This document shows, piece after piece, positions 59,501-64,000 of a DNA stretch of 64,000 bases (position 1 is the first letter of the stretch; each line of letters starts with the position of its first letter). The stretch covers positions 65,286,001-65,350,000 of the forward strand of contig OZ038379.1 in NCBI GenBank assembly GCA_964036045.1, read 5' to 3'. This DNA comes from Eutreptiella sp. 'Long Island Sound 2002' (taxonomy: Eukaryota > Protista > Euglenida). Position numbers and translations under genes: made by a program. Below the pieces are notes generated by a model, which was given only the letters and a program-made list of their open reading frames with translations, did not search any database and was not told the origin of the DNA.

Positions 59501-62500
59501 GGCACGGGATGGCCCCGCAGCTGGTGGGGGGGGACTTCAACTTCGACCTGAATTACCCACTTCGGGTGCCACCGTCTATCCTTGCGTCCCTCCTGACACG
59601 CCGGCTGGCGGATGCGGACCTCGGGCTGGCGACCGCCTTGGGGAGGGACCCCCTGTGCTCGTACCGTGGCCCGCAGGGAACGCGACCCTCGCGCATTGAC
59701 GGCCTGCTGGTGGACACGCGCCTGGCGCCGCTCCATGCGGCGGAACGGCTCCCACAGGGGGTGATCTCGGGGCACACCCCGGTGTGTTTTTACGTCCAGC
59801 TGAAGGGGGCGTCGCAGCGGGTGGTCAAGTTCTTCCGCCCCAAGCCGCTGGTGCCGGCCCAGCGAAAGGAGCAGGAACGGCTCCTTCTTGTGCAACGCCT
59901 GCTCGACCCGATGGAGGCGGGGTGGCAAGCGGCTTTGGCTACCGGGGACATGGACCACGACCGCGGAGGAGACTCTCCTCGCCCTGGCCTGCCCGGATAT
60001 CACTCCGGACACCCTCCTGGCCGGGGCCACCCTTCCGCTGGCCCCTCCACACCTCCCCCCCGGCAGGGGCACGGACCAACTGCTTCGGGAGGTGCCCCTC
60101 TGCCCCCAGCAGCGGCGCGACACGGGAGGGCCCCTGACCTGCCCGGTGGCACGCGTCGAGGCGGCCCAGGGACCCCTCCGGGAGGTCCTGCGCTGGTTGG
60201 GGCGCCCAGCGCAGGGGCCGGGCGTCCTGCCGCGAGCGGTGCAGCAGGCGTGGACGGCCCTGCGGCGCCGCCTGGGCAGACTCCGCGAGCTCGGCCCGGA
60301 GTATGCGGACTTTGAGCCGGGGGGCGCGCTCGACAGGCTGGCCCCGCTTGCCTCCCTCCGCCGCCTAAGCGCAGCGCTGCCGGGCAGGGTCCGGGCGACG
60401 CTCCGGGCAGAGGACAAGGACCGCGTCCGGGAGTGGCGCGAATGGCTCGAGGAGTCCTGGTCTTGGGATCAAGGGGCCGTGTATCGCTGGCTCAAGGACG
60501 AGTCCTACGCCCCCCCGGCCACCTTCCTCACCAGGCCGGATGGCACGGCCACGGCCAGCCTAGCGGAGATGGATGGCCTCCTGCACGACGGCTGGCGCCC
60601 CATCAACCGCAAGTATGCGATGGACCCAAAGCCGGACCCGTGGGCCTTCCTGCGCCGATACGGCCACCACGTACGGCAAGTCCCTATGCTTGCCTCGCAG
60701 CTCGATGGCCCCCGCCTGCGCAAGGGACTCTCCCGCATGAAGCCCTCGGCGTTGGGGCTGGACGGATGGAGTCTGGCGGACCTCCGCTCCCTCCCCGACA
60801 AGCTGTTGGGCTGGTTGGCTGACCTCCTGCGGTAGGTGGAGCGGAGGGGGAAATGGCCCGCCCGCCTGCCCGAGGGCTACACCGCCCTCATCCACAAGGA
60901 GGGGCCGCCGGGGCCCCTGAACACCCACCCGCTCACCGTCCTGTCCATGGTCTACCGGCTGTGGGCGGGGGTGCGCCTGGTGGACGCCATTGCGTGGCAA
61001 GAGGCATGGGCCCACCCGGCGGCCTTTGGATTCCACCCGGCCAGGAGCGCCCTGGACGGGGCGGCGGTAACGCGGGTCCTCTTGGAACTGTGTCGCCTCC
61101 GGGGCTGGGCCGTCGCAGGGATGAGCATCGATTACGTCAAGTGTTTCGATCTCATCCCCCAGGCGGTCGTGCTGGCCCTGGCGTTGGAGCTGGGCATGGA
61201 CCCGGGCACGTGCCGTGCCCTGGGGGCCATGTACAAGCAGCTCCGCCGGGCCTTCAAGGTCGCGGGGGCCCTCGGCCTCTGGTGGCAGGCCACCAACGGC
61301 ATCCTCCAGGGGTGCCCACTGTCGGTGATCCCGGTGAATGTACTCACCACGATCTGGAAGTGGGAGGTTGACTCCCTGCGCCGTCAGGTGTGAGCACAAA
61401 CGGCCGCCGTCCCTCCGACTCAGGACGGACGCAGCGGATGACCTGAAACCAGGGGCCCTGCCCCCCCTCAAGGACGCCGGCCCCGGCTACGCCGCACTAG
61501 GGTCGTCGGGCTACGCGGGCGACACCCAACCGCGCTCCAGGACACGGTCCCCGCGACGGAAGAGTGGTTGCGGGTCACGGGGCAGGACGTCCGCGTGGAC
61601 AAGTCCTGCTCCTGGGTCCAGGGAGAGCGAGGCGCCCCGGCACTGCTGCTCTGGGGGGTCCCCATCCCGCTGGCGACACCTTTCCGCCAGCTCCGCGTCA
61701 ACGCCGCCATTGGGGGCTCCAAGGCCACGGGGCAGGTGCTGTCCCGGCGCCTGGAGGCGAGACGGAGCGCCCTGCGCCGCCTGCCCCATCTCTCGACGTA
61801 TGACCGGCGGGAGCGGGCCATCAGCACCCTGGTCAACCCGCTGGCCTTCCATGGGGTGGCGGTGGCGTCGGTGACGGATCCCGACCTGCGGGGGTTCGAA
61901 ACCGCGGTGGTGCGGGTCCCGGGCCAAGGAGGTCATATTCACCGTGCTGTCCAAGGGGCAGCGCATGTCCCCGGTCATGCAAACACGGTATGAGCACATC
62001 CTCTGGCTGGCCCGCCTAGCCCGCCTGCCAGGGGTCACGCAGGTCTTCGCTCAGGCTATCTGGGAGTCGGGGGGCCGCCCACCCGGGACGGGCTCGGTGG
62101 GGCGCGCGCTCCGCACGGCAGCCTCCCTGGGCTGGACCCAGCACGAGCGCTGGTGGTGCTGGGACGTCCCGGGGAAGGACCACCCCCCTGCACTTCGTGC
62201 AGGAGCCGCTCCGCCAGCTCCAGCACCCGGTCCGGGACAGCCTACGTTGCCACTCCGCGCGCCAGCTGGAGGCGCGGCGCGCCGTCACCTTCAGGGGGCT
62301 GGGCGACGGGGCGGATGGCTCGACCTGCCGCGCGGCGCTGCGGGCGGCCTCCACGGAGTTGGAGAAGTCGCTGCTGCGCGGGCTCCTGGCCTGAGCCATT
62401 TGGACAGTGGCCCGGGTCTTGGGCCACGGCCTCCGCGCCAACGCCGCGTGCCCGCGCTGCGGCGCGGCGCACGAGGACGAGGCCCACGTCCTGTGGGACT

Positions 62501-64000
62501 GCCCGGAATGGAGCGACGCCAGGAGGATGTGGCTCCCGTGGCTGCACGACGCGGCGGGGGCTATCTTTGGCCTGGGCCCGTCAGACCGGTGGCCCTCCTG
62601 CCTTCGCAAGGCGGGACTTTTCCCCCTCCGGCCGGCGCAGGGGGTGGACCGGGACCTCCTCGACGATTTTTTGTACCGCCTGTACTGCATGTATTTGGCT
62701 GTCCTCGCGGCCCGGATGGCGGCCGGCGCGGGGGATCAGCCGGGCCACGGCGACTCCCTCCTCCCGGAGCAGCCGCGTCCGCGGCCCCGCAACCCTTACC
62801 CCTGGGATGCCTTCGTTGGCCCCATCCCGGGGGATGCCGTCCGCCACCAGCCGCGGCTGCAGCCGGGGGTGCCGCCGGACTGGAGCTTGCCACGGGACTT
62901 CATCCACGACCTCGTCCGGTGGGCCCCGGCGCTGGCCTGGGATCCGGGGCCGGCGGAGGTCTCCTGGGCCGAGCTGGCTCTGGACTATGAGGCCTTCGTG
63001 GGGCGGGCTCTCCCGGCCTCTCCGGACCACCGGCTGCGGGGCACTCGCCTGCCGCTCGAAGAGCGGGCGCAAGTCCTGCGCAAGGCGGTGGGGCTGGCGG
63101 AACGCCAACTGGCGGCGGGCGTGCTACTGACCGGGGCCCCGCTGGGGCGCTGTCGCTCGCTCTTCCCCCGGGGGGGGCGCGTGTGCGCGGGACTCTCAGC
63201 GCGACCGAACTTCGCGGCGCGCCACGTGGTCATGTTGCAGCTCATGCGCCTGGCGGCGCACTGCAGCAACTAGTGGGCCAGGCGCTTGCGGGCGCCGGCG
63301 CGCATGCGGCCGCAGCATAGTGACCGCTTTCTCATGGATTACTTCCCCCGCCCCCCTGAGGGGGGGCCTTCCCTGCTGCCTTACGCCCGGCGGCCCCCTC
63401 AGGCCCCGGCCCGCAGCGTCCCCCTCGCGGCGCCGCAACGCAGCCGCCCCCCAGGAGCGGGCAGCGGCACGCAGGGCGCGATCTGCTTGGAGCACGGGGC
63501 GCCGTCGTGTCCCCGCTGCAGGAGCTTGGGCTGGGGCATCAGCCGCTGCTGCCGGGCTGGCCACGTAGGCCACACGGGCCCCTCGGGGGGCTCGAGCTGC
63601 CCCGTGGCCCCTCCCCGGGTCGCGCCGGGCCGCCGGGTGCTCGTTCCCGAGGCCCGACGAGCGGGGGCGGCGGCCTTGTCCTCCTTGCTGGGGCGAGCCC
63701 GCCCAGCATCACAAGCCCTCCCCGACGCGGGCCCCACGGCGGCACGCCGGCGTGCGGCCCCGCCCAGGGTGCTAGGCACGCGCCCTCTCCCAGCTCTGGG
63801 GCTGGACGCCTCCAGGCCCGCAAACCGTGAGACGCCTTACCGGGCTAATCGGGGGGTCCCAGGGGGGATTTCGCACCGAGAATCGGGTGGGGGTGCCACA
63901 GACCCCCTCTCACCCCAGCCATCGGGGGGGGGAAACAGCCCGAGGCCGGCCCCGCCGGCTCTCTCCGCCTTCACGGAGGACGTGGGGGCGCCGCCGGGTG
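56600..64000 (+). mobile_element. Second, diverged copy of the same LINE group with an ORF1 remnant (~56600-57520) and disrupted ORF2 (59047-~63600); runs off the window end
   Basis: ORF2 aligns motif by motif with the 50055 copy (LANVT, LITETR, LVGGDFN, PSRIDG, SGHTPV, SALGLDGW, SIDYVKCFD, GILQGCPLS, GYAGD, CPRCGAAHEDEAHVLWDC). It has in-frame stops (e.g. 60833, 61391) and frameshifts. The upstream 265-aa ORF has an RRM-like 'SVRVRGYP' segment typical of LINE ORF1. Confidence 0.92.

Noticed and set aside
50800-63800. Numerous long antisense or alternative-frame ORFs (e.g. 53918-55609 minus, 563 aa)
   Set aside because: They are shadows of very GC-rich LINE ORF2 and carry no independent motifs.

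Overview
This is eukaryotic, repeat-saturated genomic DNA with GT-AG introns and TTAGGG-type repeats. There is no sign of prokaryotic operons, rRNA/tRNA genes or CRISPR. A protist, possibly euglenozoan, origin is my inference only. (1) A host gene on the + strand is split by long repeat-filled introns. Three phase-compatible exons (5524-5599, 7664-7802, ~8697-8840) encode the C-terminal half of a Sec7 (ARF-GEF) domain. Further candidate exons lie at ~11.5, 14, 19 and 46-47.7 kb. (2) There are several tandem arrays: ~1.2-kb units bounded by (CCCTAA)n, a degenerate 2.2-2.6-kb triplication, a young ~1585-bp array carrying a 186-aa ORF, a ~148-bp satellite and a ~190-bp satellite. (3) There are APE-type non-LTR retrotransposons (LINEs). 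One is a decayed copy on the - strand (~42-46 kb). Three related + strand copies (48561-49654, 50055-56464, 56600->64000) are all inserted at the same base of the ~190-bp satellite; the two complete insertions have ~20-bp target-site duplications. The best candidate for an undescribed system is this satellite-targeting LINE family. It has a 2A/StopGo-like motif (D-V-[HE]-P-H-P-G-P type) directly before the endonuclease, an insertion inside the RT palm, no RNase H, a long C-terminal extension with a conserved Cys/His cluster, and a 3' end without poly(A). Most ORFs in the supplied track are by-products of GC-rich or low-complexity repeats.
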